Of a stretch of DNA of 64,000 nucleotides, positions 37,644 to 47,815 are shown piece by piece. The notes below the pieces were generated by a model, which searched no databases, had not been told where the DNA came from, and worked only from the letters and a program-made list of their open reading frames with translations. The translations under genes and the position numbers were made by a program. Location: assembly GCA_022567305.1 (NCBI GenBank), contig JADFHF010000002.1, positions 103,762 through 167,761 on the forward strand, written 5' to 3'. The DNA comes from Bacteroidota bacterium (lineage in GTDB: Bacteria; Bacteroidota; Rhodothermia; Rhodothermales; UBA10348). Within the stretch, counting starts at the first letter, position 1. Every line of letters starts with the position of its first letter.

Positions 37644-37819
37644 TCCTCTCGTACAAATTCCAGCGTCCAAGGCCGCATCTCTTCGCCCGACGGAGGTGGA
37701 AATCCGCCTAAATGGCACGACAGGCGTCGAGTCAGGCTAAATATGCAAATCAATTCAAGAAATAACAAAAGGAGGCTCTGAACGAGGCGAAAGGCGACCC
37801 CTCGCAAAACGATTCTGGA

Positions 37820-38686
37820 TCAGGCGTCAGGTATCGGGGCGATTCGAATCACGGCAATGGCCAGTTTCTCCAAGGCCTCTCGCACGGCTTGCCCGGTCTC
37901 GATAACTTCGTCGTGATTGAGAGGGTTATCACTCAAGCCTGCGGCAAAGTTCGTAATCGTCGAAAGACCAATAACCTTCATGTTTTCCTTGCGCGCCTGA
38001 ATGACCTCCGGAACCGTACTCATGCCGACGGCGTCGGCGCCCATCACTCGAAAAGCACGGATCTCGGCTTTCGTTTCATAACTTGGTCCTCGAGTCCAAA
38101 GGTAGATTCCTCGTTTTGTCGCGATCCCCATTTTGTCAGCCAGCTTTTCGGCATTTCGTGTCCATTCTTGATCGTAATACTCTATGGATTCTCGGGCCGG
38201 CCATTCGAGCCCTCTCATGGTCGAAATCTGATCGCCCAAAAGGGGATGGACGCCGGTCTGATTGATGTGGTCGGTAATCCACATCAGCGTTCCGGGTTCA
38301 AACTGTGAATTGATGCCTCCACTCGCGTTCGTCACAAACAGACAGGATGCTCCCAATGCTCGAACCAGCCGGACCGGAAAGACGACCTTAGATGGGTCAT
38401 GTCCCTCATACATGTGGAGACGACCCTGGATCACAACAACGGAGCGGCCTCCGAGGCGGCCGAAGACGAACCTTCCCTTGTGCCCGGATACCGTTGCGGA
38501 TGGAAGATGAGGGATCTCGGCCGCTTCCATAATGATCGGATCATCCACACGATCGGCAAGTGCTCCCAGACCCGAGCCCAAAATGAGTGCGATATCAGGA
38601 GACACATTCGCTTGACTGCGGACGTATTTCAGGGCATCTGAAATAGCCTGTCTGGCCAGATTGTCTATCACATTGTAGGATGTCAC
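37820..38686 (-). CDS. purine nucleoside phosphorylase (PNP/MTAP family 2)
   Basis: ILGSGLG, GRLHMYEG and VTNASGGIN motifs. Its start overlaps the upstream phosphatase gene stop by 4 nt. Confidence 0.88.
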   Translation of the reverse strand: MTSYNVIDNLARQAISDALKYVRSQANVSPDIALILGSGLGALADRVDDPIIMEAAEIPHLPSATVSGHKGRFVFGRLGGRSVVVIQGRLHMYEGHDPSKVVFPVRLVRALGASCLFVTNASGGINSQFEPGTLMWITDHINQTGVHPLLGDQISTMRGLEWPARESIEYYDQEWTRNAEKLADKMGIATKRGIYLWTRGPSYETKAEIRAFRVMGADAVGMSTVPEVIQARKENMKVIGLSTITNFAAGLSDNPLNHDEVIETGQAVREALEKLAIAVIRIAPIPDA

Positions 38687-41367
38687 GTCATTTTTACGAT
38701 GACCATGGTCATGTCGTCGGAGCGTCCGGCGCCCTCAATAAAGTGATGCACGTCCTCGGTCAACAAGCGGAGTATCCCGCTGGCCGATTTGTCACCCATG
38801 TGGCCCACCTTGACCAGAAGGCGATCATCCCCGTACAGTTCTCGCTTTGAATTCATGGCCTCAGAGAATCCATCCGTGTAAAAGACCAATACGTCGCCCC
38901 GATTCAGTCGAATGGAGACCTCTGCCACGGAATCGTCAAACAACTTTCCGTCCGTTAATCCTATCGCCATCCCATTTGGACGCAGAAATTCGGGTACTGT
39001 CTGATCCGATCGCTTCAGAATTCCCGGGTTATGTCCTGCACGAGCGAACTTGAACTCACCTGATGACGAGTCGACAATACCATAAATCGCGGATATGAAA
39101 GTTCCCGCTGGGGCATTATTTCGGAACACCTCGTTCAAGCGTTTCATCACAGCACGAGGTGAGGGTTCGATCGTACTCAGCGTCTGAATAACACCCTTGA
39201 CCAACGTCATGTAGAACGCAGCCTGAATGCCTTTCCCGCTCACATCTCCGATAACAAATGCCAGTTTGTTATCGGAAAGCCGGATGAAGTCGAAATAGTC
39301 ACCACCCACTTCGCTTGCGGGCAGGCACATTCCCGCCAGATCGAGACCGTCGACTTTGGGCATGGTTCGTGGGAGAAACGAAGCCTGCACCTGATAGGCG
39401 ATTTCGAGTTCGCGCTTCAGTCGCTCCTGGCCAGCCATTTCAGTGATATAGTCCGGGACATATTCGTGAATGTCTCCTTCGTCTCGCTTACTGAAGACGC
39501 CGACAAATCCGACCAGAGTGATCGATCCAATGAAAAAGGCCCCCACCAGCGTGTCCAGCCATACCGGCGAATGAGCAATAAGGAATCCCTCACTCAAATT
39601 CCATGCAAACAGGGCAATGAAGAGCCCAATAAACGCGGTGAGAAAGTCGAATCGCATATAGGAGACGGCGAGGATGAGGGCCACCATTCCCGAAATACCG
39701 ACAGCCAGCCAGCTGACATCCATACCATACGGATCGATTCTCAAGAATCCGCCAACGGCAACAATGCATCCGACGACAAACCACGGGTGCTCCACAAATC
39801 GATACGCAAGGGTACCAACCCCTAACAGAACCAGAGCCGAAATCATCAAAGACACGGAGGAGCTAGAGGCAAAGTTTGCCAAAACAGGCCGAAATGTTAC
39901 TTCAGCGTCTAGTGAGGCTCCCAAGGTGAGCGAAAGAGATGGGAATACGGCTAGAGCCAAAACTCCAATACCTAGTAATACACCGGCGACCGCAATACCG
40001 CGGACCAGCGACCAGCCAACGACACGATTTTGGATGTCGCCCTTTCGGAGAAGCATCCCCGACAACAACTTTTGCGGAAAGATTTCGCGGGTAATCGACT
40101 CCGTTGCACCCGACAGGATGAACATCGCCAACGAACCAAATCCACCGACGATCGAGAATGCCACGAGGCTGAGAAGGACTCGTGTCCACGTCGTCATGTC
40201 TTCTTCTATAAAGTTCTCTGGGTTCATTACAGCTATAACACCAAAAAGCACCCCAACCACGAGTGCATCGATCATCGATACTTTCACGTCGATGAGTCTT
40301 GCCATGATTCGGCGCACGAAGAAGACCACCATAACAATGGCAAGAAGGAAATAAGCGGCGCCTTTTACGACACCGAGTAGGGTGGAAACGGAATCGTCTA
40401 CATCCCGATCTGGATTGGGTACAACCACCATTTCCTGCAAATTTCCCGTAGACGAGACCGTCATGTCGACTCTCAACTGCTGGCCGAAAATGGGCTCGGT
40501 CGGGCGCAGCCAGACCAGCGCGAGTGCTTCTGAATTTCCTGAATTATTGCCCGTGGTGCTGCTCGAGAAAACGCGAAGAGAATCCACCTCCCACGTCACG
40601 CCCTTCAACGCTTGCTCCGGAGCAAGCATCTTTGCGAGTTTGAGAATATCCAAGGAATCCAACGCAACGGACAGGCCCCGCTCAAGTCTGTCAATTCGCG
40701 AAGCAGATTCGGGCTCAGTCCGCCTACCGGGTGTATCAAGGCGTTTGAAACTCAGCGATGCGATCAGGCTTGAGTCCGTGACGGCACGGAGCCGGGTAAG
40801 GGATTCGCTTCTCAATGAGTCACTGGGTGCAAAAAGCTCCGCTAACACCGATCGATTAATGGACCTCGTTGCATCTCCCAGCAATATAGAGGCAGTACCG
40901 CCGGCAGAACTGGTGTTTTCAAATTCAAGAACCGCTCCATCGATGTTCAAGACAACATGAAACACCAATGCCGACCCTGCGAACGAAATCGAGCTACTCG
41001 ATGCCGTGTTCTTCATTCTGTAGGAGATAGACCAGAGAAAACCCGGTAGCGTTGAGTTGTCCTCGTCTCGAAGAATTTCGATCGTCCGCTCGCGGCCCAG
41101 ATCCTCCTGCATGGCCTTGAGAAGGGGCTCATTTCTCCTTAAGCGGGCCTCAACATCCAAATTTCTAACTGAATATCCGTTCGAGACGAGAAACACATTC
41201 GCCTTATTGATGGCGTCGCTCTCTGAGATTTTATACTCAGCAGTGCCATCGATGTGATGAGCTGGCAAAACAAAAGCAAATATGCCAAACCCGATGAAAC
41301 CCAGGACGATCAGAATCAAATCGAAGATGCCAGGCTTCGTCAGGGCAGATGCAGATTCGTTCCTCAT
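38683..41367 (-). CDS. SpoIIE/PP2C-family serine phosphatase with a large N-terminal extracytoplasmic domain and ~10 TM helices
   Basis: The C-terminal ~240 aa carry PP2C/SpoIIE motifs (GGDYFDF, VIGDVSGKG, FYTDG, DDMTMV). A polytopic hydrophobic block precedes them. Confidence 0.85.
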   Translation of the reverse strand: MRNESASALTKPGIFDLILIVLGFIGFGIFAFVLPAHHIDGTAEYKISESDAINKANVFLVSNGYSVRNLDVEARLRRNEPLLKAMQEDLGRERTIEILRDEDNSTLPGFLWSISYRMKNTASSSSISFAGSALVFHVVLNIDGAVLEFENTSSAGGTASILLGDATRSINRSVLAELFAPSDSLRSESLTRLRAVTDSSLIASLSFKRLDTPGRRTEPESASRIDRLERGLSVALDSLDILKLAKMLAPEQALKGVTWEVDSLRVFSSSTTGNNSGNSEALALVWLRPTEPIFGQQLRVDMTVSSTGNLQEMVVVPNPDRDVDDSVSTLLGVVKGAAYFLLAIVMVVFFVRRIMARLIDVKVSMIDALVVGVLFGVIAVMNPENFIEEDMTTWTRVLLSLVAFSIVGGFGSLAMFILSGATESITREIFPQKLLSGMLLRKGDIQNRVVGWSLVRGIAVAGVLLGIGVLALAVFPSLSLTLGASLDAEVTFRPVLANFASSSSVSLMISALVLLGVGTLAYRFVEHPWFVVGCIVAVGGFLRIDPYGMDVSWLAVGISGMVALILAVSYMRFDFLTAFIGLFIALFAWNLSEGFLIAHSPVWLDTLVGAFFIGSITLVGFVGVFSKRDEGDIHEYVPDYITEMAGQERLKRELEIAYQVQASFLPRTMPKVDGLDLAGMCLPASEVGGDYFDFIRLSDNKLAFVIGDVSGKGIQAAFYMTLVKGVIQTLSTIEPSPRAVMKRLNEVFRNNAPAGTFISAIYGIVDSSSGEFKFARAGHNPGILKRSDQTVPEFLRPNGMAIGLTDGKLFDDSVAEVSIRLNRGDVLVFYTDGFSEAMNSKRELYGDDRLLVKVGHMGDKSASGILRLLTEDVHHFIEGAGRSDDMTMVIVKMT

Positions 41368-41463
41368 CGGTGGTTAGGTTGGTCGGGGCAGAAGTTTCGT
41401 CTGCCGCCGTGAAATCTAAGTTCGTCCTAAAATGTGGGAACGGGTGCGGAAGATCCCGATGAT

Positions 41464-42159
41464 TTACTCTTTACGATCCAACGAATCGAGTTCCGCCACC
41501 GCTTCGGTCATCTGATCATATGAAAACCCTCGTCTCGCAAGATAAGCAGTCAGTTTGGAACGCCGTTTTCCCATGTCTTTCTCCTGTATGAGTCGCTTCA
41601 TGTACTTTCGAGATGATTCGACCGCGAGCGCCTCCGCTGGAGTATCTCGATAAGCATCGGGAATAACCACATCAATGATATCGGAATGAATTCCCTTCCT
41701 GGAGAGCTCGCGGCGTAGTCTCGCGGGTCCATATCCCTTTGACCGTACACGAGCTTCGGAAAACGTATACGCGAACGCTTGATCGTCGATCAGGTTGAGT
41801 TCGACCAGTCTTTCGATGACTCGTTCGATAATGAGCGTAGAGAATCCTGATTTGGAAAGTCGCTGTGAGATTTCAAATCGGCTCCGCGGTCGATACGAAA
41901 GTAAATGATATGCGCTGGTCCGGGCCTTGAAATACGAATCCTCCTCGATCAGCTCAGCGACATCGCTCTCGGATACGGTTTGTCCTTTCGAGAGTCTCCG
42001 AGAAATGAGTACGTCGGCGTGGACGCCAAGGGCAAATTCTCCGTCGATAAAAATCGATACGCGATCGTTCGCCTTTTTTTGGGTCTCAATGGACGTGATG
42101 ACTCCAGGTAAAGTAGAAAGATGCTCGTCGTTCGGTATCGAGGTGCTGTGCTCACCCAT
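41464..42159 (-). CDS. recX: recombination regulator RecX
   Basis: Three-repeat helical RecX pattern (SRFEISQRLSKSGFS..., ELSRKGIHSDII..., YLARRGFSYDQ) in a 231-aa ORF. Confidence 0.8.
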   Translation of the reverse strand: MGEHSTSIPNDEHLSTLPGVITSIETQKKANDRVSIFIDGEFALGVHADVLISRRLSKGQTVSESDVAELIEEDSYFKARTSAYHLLSYRPRSRFEISQRLSKSGFSTLIIERVIERLVELNLIDDQAFAYTFSEARVRSKGYGPARLRRELSRKGIHSDIIDVVIPDAYRDTPAEALAVESSRKYMKRLIQEKDMGKRRSKLTAYLARRGFSYDQMTEAVAELDSLDRKE

Positions 42160-42165
42160 AAAGAA

Positions 42166-43074
42166 TCACTTGACGATTATTCGAAGCGTGTCGATGGCGA
42201 TGCCACCGACAAATCCGATCCCTCCGCTGACATTGGATACAGGTTCTCGGCGTTCCGGACTATCACGACTGGTTTCAAACACCGCAAAGGCCTGATCACC
42301 TCGAAGCAGGCTTACCTTGAGAGCATGCTCCGGAAGCGGCGTATCGACTGCCTCTACAGGAACGGCGTAAACACCTGTCCAGCGTACTTGGCCATTTTCG
42401 TCCGCCTCGATGCTTTCCTCCGGAAGAACCTGCTGGGGAAGTAGGAAGAAATCAATGAGAGACGAGGAAAACCGTGACAACGGCTCCAAGCGAGTCTCAA
42501 TCCAATAGTCGTTCGCCGTCGTCTCTAGCCCGGAGACCGTTTGCCATGCCAGTGTTACCTGGATCGGGTAGATGAATCCTTCCTGCGCGTTCAACGCCAG
42601 GTCTAATGAATCGAGTCCGATGTCCAGTGTATCCACAAGGACGGCTTCGATAGCACGTTCTGGAATAAAAAATTCTACATCGTCCAGCAGAATCAAAGGC
42701 GGGATCGACCCTGAGGCGTTGGCCTGGTCGTCGGGTGTTCGGACGAACAGTTCAAATGAGGCGAGGGGCGGAACGATCAGGTGGCTGGCTCGGCTCTCCG
42801 GACGGTAAAGACCGGGTGACATGGCGACCGGCTCATACTGAATTCGAACACCGTCCAAAATCAATTCGACTTCCGCTTCTGCAATCCCCTGGTTTGCTGC
42901 GATACCCTTAGAAACGCCATACGTCCTGCCCACCCGTACATCGGGAAGCGGCTCTCCTGCTTTTAGGAAAGACTCTACGACCAGCGTCCCAACCTTCGAC
43001 GGCTGAACGGTATCACACGCTGCGATTGAACCCGCCAGAATACCGGCAAGCGTTATCTGAAGGAGTATTCTCAT
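42166..43074 (-). CDS. DUF4249 family lipoprotein (TonB-receptor-associated)
   Basis: Lipobox SIAAC. The C-terminal motif SNVSGGIGFVGGIA is typical of DUF4249. A 4-nt ATGA overlap links it to the upstream TonB-dependent receptor. Confidence 0.75.
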   Translation of the reverse strand: MRILLQITLAGILAGSIAACDTVQPSKVGTLVVESFLKAGEPLPDVRVGRTYGVSKGIAANQGIAEAEVELILDGVRIQYEPVAMSPGLYRPESRASHLIVPPLASFELFVRTPDDQANASGSIPPLILLDDVEFFIPERAIEAVLVDTLDIGLDSLDLALNAQEGFIYPIQVTLAWQTVSGLETTANDYWIETRLEPLSRFSSSLIDFFLLPQQVLPEESIEADENGQVRWTGVYAVPVEAVDTPLPEHALKVSLLRGDQAFAVFETSRDSPERREPVSNVSGGIGFVGGIAIDTLRIIVK

Positions 43075-45707
43075 AACTGCATTTCGAGCTCAAAGAGGGG
43101 CAGAATGGGCAATCCGAGACTGTTATTCAGTCCGAAGTTTTCTTTAGAGGGATCGAACGTTCGATTGATCACATTTCGGCGATTAAAGATATTGTACACG
43201 TGAATTTGCGCGGACCAGTCTGCGTGCATAAATCCGAATCGATACCCGACACCCAGATCCATTCTGAAGTAGGGCGGCAGACGCCCATTGTTGATTTCCG
43301 GTGTGTGAAAGAATTGGATCTGTTCGTTACTTACCGGATCCGTCAGGTAATAGCGCGCAATGGGTACCGTAATCGGATAACCCGAGCGAAGGACAGTCGA
43401 GAGCGAAAACTGCCATCTTCCAACTCTTCGCTGGATTACCGCGGAAAATGACCGGGGCACATCAAATCGGCTGGGGCGAAAGGTCGTGTTTCTTAGCTCA
43501 GGAGTCCGATTCTCGGATCGACTCCCCGTGTAGGCCAGAAGCACTTGCCAGTCGAGAAGAAACAGATCTGCTCCAATCTCGATTCCGTAGGATCGTTCGT
43601 TCCCGCGTGTGTACTGTCCCAGAAGTGTACTGATATCGATTCCCGGACCCAGTAATCCGTTCTTTGATTGAAACTCGTCTCTTGGAAGGATAATGTGATT
43701 CCCAATGCGGAGATACCCTTCAGCCGACACTTTGAACCACGGGTAAGGAATGGCTTCTCCTCCAAAGGATAGCTGACGGCTTTTGGAAGGCACTACAGTA
43801 GAATCGGACGGAATCCATCGACTCGAGACGAGATCATATAAGAATGAATAACGGTCTCTAATGCGTTGCAGGAATTGATACTGAGTGGTCGCAGACCCGC
43901 GAAGAATAAGCCATCGCGGATTCAAGACGTACTGAATGCTGAGGCGTGGGCTCACGCGAAAATAGTTTCCGCTTCCGAAGTAGTTGAGTCTTGTACCAAG
44001 AAGCACATGCAGCTTTTCTGAGGGCTTCCAATGGTCTTGGATATACGTCGCGAATTCTCGGGTCTGAACGCGGCCACGATGAGTGAGCGATTCGCTCAGA
44101 CTCGGGCTGTACGAAACGAGGGCATCGATGCTAGACACGAATCGATGATCGACGACCGAAAAGCCGGCGCGGATTTGATGGGAAAGCGACGGGAAGTAGT
44201 CAGCGTCGACTCGGGCTCCGAGATCCTGTAGTTGCACCCGGTAGTCTGATGTCACCGATGCCGATTGTGTAGGGTGAATTAACACAGATTCATTGGCACT
44301 GTATTCGGAATAGTACGCGGTTCCCGTAAGAAACAGTCTGTCGCTCGCGAGATGCTGATATCGAACACTGTAGAGTCGATTGCCCCAGTCCTGATCGACC
44401 TCGAAGAAGAGGTCAGCGGGCCGGAGCCACGAAGAAAAATCGAGGGATAGATCGAATGGAAGGCGCAGGTCGAGGTCGTCGCGTCCTGTGTAATAAGAAA
44501 ATGAAAGCCTACTGTTTGTATGTGGGGAGAACGAAATCTTGGCGCTCCAGTCGTAGAAGAAGTACCCAGTACGTAACGTATCTCGTCGTCCGGCTCCGTC
44601 CGAAACCGGATGTTTCCTGCCAATCAGTTTGTCAATGTAGGATCGCCTGCCGGAAAGCATGAACGAGCTTTTCGACCCCAGGGTGCTTTCTATTAAAAAT
44701 CGTGCACTTAGCGGGTTTATAGCGGCCAATAACTTGGGCTCGGCATTTCTACCATCCCGGAGCTCTGCATCCAGTACCGCCGAAAGTCGACCACCGTACT
44801 CGGCTGGAAAGGAGCCTCGGTAAAACTTCAGGTCCTTGAACGTTTCCGTCTGGAACGTGGAGATCAAACTGAATGCATGCCACGGATGGTAGACGGGTGC
44901 CCCGTCGATCAAATATAAATTTTGGTCAGACCCGCTACCTCTAACGAGTAAACCACCCGTCACCTCACCGGCTCTCTGTATTCCAGGCATCCAGCCAAGG
45001 ACTTCGAAGACGTCTTTTCCGCCGAATGAGGGCGGGAGCTGTTCCAGACGTCTTACGGGCATAGAAATGACTCCGGGGAATAGTGCCAGATCGGAGCGTA
45101 TGAGCGTGCTGCGCTCAATCACCACTCGATCCATGGTCATCGTGGTCGGGTTGAGTTCGAGAATGACGGACTTCGATCCCGTGGAGAGGGTGGTGTCTTT
45201 AACCACATACCCGATGAAAGACAGCTTGACTCGATGGTGCCCCGAGGGAATTCCCGGTAACGAAAAGAAGCCTGCCTCATTCGTGACCGTTCCAGAAGAG
45301 AGATCCGGCAGGTAAATGTTTGCTCCGTAGAGCGATTCTCCGGTCCGGCTGTCGAAAACGATTCCCGCGATGGATCCGCGGGCTTTATCTGGACCGACGG
45401 ATGCCTCGTCCGCTAACACCAGCACAATCTGTCTATCCGAGATTACCCGAACCTCAACGGTGGCATCCTGAACAATACACTGAATGGCTTCGACGGCAAC
45501 AGAGCCATGATATGTGCAAGAGGATGAAAAACCGCCCAGTAGATCGGTAGAATAGACGACGTCGATTCCGGTTCTCGATTTGAACTCCTCAACCGCGTCC
45601 AGAAGGGGAGTGTCTTCGAACTGAAAGAGATAGCTCTGCGCGGATACGTCTAACCCTTGTGCCAGGCAGAAAATGGTAAAAAGTAACAGGGTCAGGCGTT
45701 TATGCAA
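43071..45707 (-). CDS. TonB-dependent receptor with N-terminal STN signalling domain and CarboxypepD_reg domain
   Basis: Signal peptide, STN-like segment (FEDTPLLDAVEEFKSRTGIDVVYS), CarboxypepD_reg segment (GSIAGIVFDSRTGESLYGANIYL), plug (NLYLIDGAPV), and a large barrel ending ...LFELEMQL. ECF sigma and FecR genes lie upstream. Confidence 0.88.
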   Translation of the reverse strand: MHKRLTLLLFTIFCLAQGLDVSAQSYLFQFEDTPLLDAVEEFKSRTGIDVVYSTDLLGGFSSSCTYHGSVAVEAIQCIVQDATVEVRVISDRQIVLVLADEASVGPDKARGSIAGIVFDSRTGESLYGANIYLPDLSSGTVTNEAGFFSLPGIPSGHHRVKLSFIGYVVKDTTLSTGSKSVILELNPTTMTMDRVVIERSTLIRSDLALFPGVISMPVRRLEQLPPSFGGKDVFEVLGWMPGIQRAGEVTGGLLVRGSGSDQNLYLIDGAPVYHPWHAFSLISTFQTETFKDLKFYRGSFPAEYGGRLSAVLDAELRDGRNAEPKLLAAINPLSARFLIESTLGSKSSFMLSGRRSYIDKLIGRKHPVSDGAGRRDTLRTGYFFYDWSAKISFSPHTNSRLSFSYYTGRDDLDLRLPFDLSLDFSSWLRPADLFFEVDQDWGNRLYSVRYQHLASDRLFLTGTAYYSEYSANESVLIHPTQSASVTSDYRVQLQDLGARVDADYFPSLSHQIRAGFSVVDHRFVSSIDALVSYSPSLSESLTHRGRVQTREFATYIQDHWKPSEKLHVLLGTRLNYFGSGNYFRVSPRLSIQYVLNPRWLILRGSATTQYQFLQRIRDRYSFLYDLVSSRWIPSDSTVVPSKSRQLSFGGEAIPYPWFKVSAEGYLRIGNHIILPRDEFQSKNGLLGPGIDISTLLGQYTRGNERSYGIEIGADLFLLDWQVLLAYTGSRSENRTPELRNTTFRPSRFDVPRSFSAVIQRRVGRWQFSLSTVLRSGYPITVPIARYYLTDPVSNEQIQFFHTPEINNGRLPPYFRMDLGVGYRFGFMHADWSAQIHVYNIFNRRNVINRTFDPSKENFGLNNSLGLPILPLFELEMQL

Positions 45708-45789
45708 AACCGGATGGGCATCGAACGACGATGCGACTCAAGGCCATTTGAGAGTAGACGGGAACGTACTCCGAGCGCAGGGAGCTTAT

Positions 45790-45813
45790 AGACGCTTTTT
45801 GGAGATGCGTTCC
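45790..45813 (-). promoter_or_regulatory. weak candidate ECF-type promoter upstream of the TonB-dependent receptor
   Basis: The minus strand reads GGAAC-N14-CGTCT, about 85-105 nt upstream of the receptor start. The spacer is shorter than the usual 16-17 nt. Confidence 0.2.
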
Positions 45814-45860
45814 GGAGGCATCACGTTTGTGCGAAAACGAAGTGTCGCGACGAGATATCT

Positions 45861-47027
45861 TTACGACCCGAAATGGTAGCTGCCCGTTTCGGAATCCTTC
45901 TCAATTCTGACGCCCATCGCGAAAGCGATCGCGTCCAGGATGGATTCGAGGCCCTGTTCGCGTGCGAACGTACCTGTAATGGTGAGTTCAGCAAGGCTGT
46001 CATCGACCACGATGGACACCTCAAAGCTTTCCATGAGCCGCACGAACGCGACCGACAACTGTGTATCTCTGAAGATGAACAGGTTGGTCCACGCAAGTGC
46101 CTTCTGGAGGTCTATGTCCAAGGGAGCCGTCGGAAGATCGGTACCGAGAACGCGACTGTACTGACCCGGAGATAACATGACAGGATCTGTCTCGGAGCCC
46201 AATGTCGCCACCGAAACACTCCCACTGACGAGGATGACCTCCGTGAGAGACGCATCATCGATGGAGGAGATTCCGAAGCTGGTTCCGAACACCGAGGTGA
46301 CCGCGTTGGCGGTTGAGACTTGAAACTGTTTTTCGCCCGGCGAAACGTCGAAAAACGCGTTCCCAACGAGCCTCAACTGACGATCGAAAGTCTCGTCAGG
46401 ATGGAGGGTTATCGCCGATCCGGGCATCAGTCTCACGCTCGACCCATCGGGCAGATTTACAACGTGAGTTTTTCCCTCCTGAGCGCTGAAGGTTATATCG
46501 CTCGTTTGGGTCAGCATCGGACGAAACACAACGATACTCGCGATAAGAACAACGACTACAGCCGCGAGTCCGAGAGAAAAACGTCGAACAGAGAGCCCGA
46601 GAATAGGCAATGGCAAACGAACTCTATGTAACGGAGAACGGCGGGTTGTGGCACGGCTGGTTGCTACCGATTCAGACCAGCAGTTCTGAAATACCTCGGC
46701 ATCAGATCTAATCTGATTCAGTATGACTTCAACGGCGGAATGCTTGGCGAGTGCTCTACTTATTACCTCTTGAGCTGCATCCAATTCTGTACGTTCTTCA
46801 TCCGTCAATACGCCTTTATCTCCGCTCTCCGACAAGGCATAAAGAACCAGAAGTCGGGAGTCTGGAATATGCTGATCGAGTGAGTTGCGGATCTGGCTCG
46901 TAAGAGCAGCCCAATTACGGACGAACTCGGCCAGCGACGCATCATCTTTACATGCCTGGTCCAGCACTTTTAGATCATCTTCAGAGAGTTGATCCTGTAG
47001 TAGAATATGTTCGATGGCTGCGTTCAT
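45861..47027 (-). CDS. FecR family anti-sigma factor / transmembrane sensor
   Basis: Central TM helix (LGLAAVVVVLIASIVVF), FecR domain (VVNLPDGSSVRLMPGSAITL) and a DUF4974-like C-terminus. It sits between the ECF sigma and the STN-type receptor. Confidence 0.85.
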   Translation of the reverse strand: MNAAIEHILLQDQLSEDDLKVLDQACKDDASLAEFVRNWAALTSQIRNSLDQHIPDSRLLVLYALSESGDKGVLTDEERTELDAAQEVISRALAKHSAVEVILNQIRSDAEVFQNCWSESVATSRATTRRSPLHRVRLPLPILGLSVRRFSLGLAAVVVVLIASIVVFRPMLTQTSDITFSAQEGKTHVVNLPDGSSVRLMPGSAITLHPDETFDRQLRLVGNAFFDVSPGEKQFQVSTANAVTSVFGTSFGISSIDDASLTEVILVSGSVSVATLGSETDPVMLSPGQYSRVLGTDLPTAPLDIDLQKALAWTNLFIFRDTQLSVAFVRLMESFEVSIVVDDSLAELTITGTFAREQGLESILDAIAFAMGVRIEKDSETGSYHFGS

Positions 47028-47166
47028 TCAGGCGAATCTATACAAATTCGGTGCTTCGGGGGCTAATAATGGCCTGGCCAAGGGTGGGAATCAATGGCCA
47101 AAAAGCTAGAAAAAAGCACGTGCAATGGGCTGAAGAGCGTTTTCCGAGTCTACAATTGGCCTCCAA

Positions 47167-47195
47167 TTCGGTGTGAGTACGTAGCTCACACCGAA
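47167..47195 (-). promoter_or_regulatory. strong hairpin in the sigma/anti-sigma spacer (possible attenuator, terminator or processing site)
   Basis: TTCGGTGTGAG-N7-CTCACACCGAA forms a perfect 11-bp stem, ~50 nt downstream of the sigma gene stop. No U-tract follows. Confidence 0.35.
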
Positions 47196-47246
47196 GAAAT
47201 AGCCGCCTGAAGAGAGTAAAAGGTAACATGTCTGTTAAAAGTCATT

Positions 47247-47804
47247 TCAGGGGGTATTTGAAAGAAAAGACCAGAAGACCGTCCACCAGAGCACCGAAAT
47301 AAATCGTCGCAGTTTTTCGAAAGCGCGTTTCACCTGCATTTTGACGGCGGCCTCAGTCGTTCCGATCATATCCGCGATTTCCTCATAGCGATAGCCATAC
47401 TCTCGCAATTCAATAATCTTGCGAGCCCTCGGTGAGAGTTGAGCCAACGCCCTCTCAACGTCGATGCTTGCGGCGACATCTGACTGATACGTACTTTTTT
47501 CAGGAGGAGAAAGGGCGTCAAAAAGGGATTCCTTAGTCGAATACCGACCACGGAAATAGTCCTGCAGTTCAAATAGGGCGGCCTTCATGGCAAATCCCTT
47601 GAGCTTTTCCGGGTCTCTCAAATCGGTGAGTCCCTTTGAAACACGGACGAGGGCATTCTGAACCAGGTCGTCGACGTCAGCTCGCGATCCTATCCGCCGA
47701 ATAAAAAAGCCTCGAAAAATATTCTGTAGCTGATTGAGCAACAGCGTGAGGGCCGATTCATCACCGTCTTGTGCGGCAGCCGCGAGTTTTCCGAGATCGT
47801 TCAT
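47247..47804 (-). CDS. ECF (sigma-70 family group 4) RNA polymerase sigma factor
   Basis: Region 2 (ADVDDLVQNALVRV) and the region 4 HTH (YEEIADMIGTTEAAVKMQVKRAFEKLR) in a 185-aa ORF. Confidence 0.9.
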   Translation of the reverse strand: MNDLGKLAAAAQDGDESALTLLLNQLQNIFRGFFIRRIGSRADVDDLVQNALVRVSKGLTDLRDPEKLKGFAMKAALFELQDYFRGRYSTKESLFDALSPPEKSTYQSDVAASIDVERALAQLSPRARKIIELREYGYRYEEIADMIGTTEAAVKMQVKRAFEKLRRFISVLWWTVFWSFLSNTP

Positions 47805-47815
47805 TTCAGAGTCGC

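Noticed and set aside
39674-40354. 226-aa plus-strand ORF inside the SpoIIE-type phosphatase gene
   Set aside because: It lies antisense to the TM-rich part of a gene with clear PP2C motifs. The product is Thr/Pro/Arg/Ser-rich with no domain signature.
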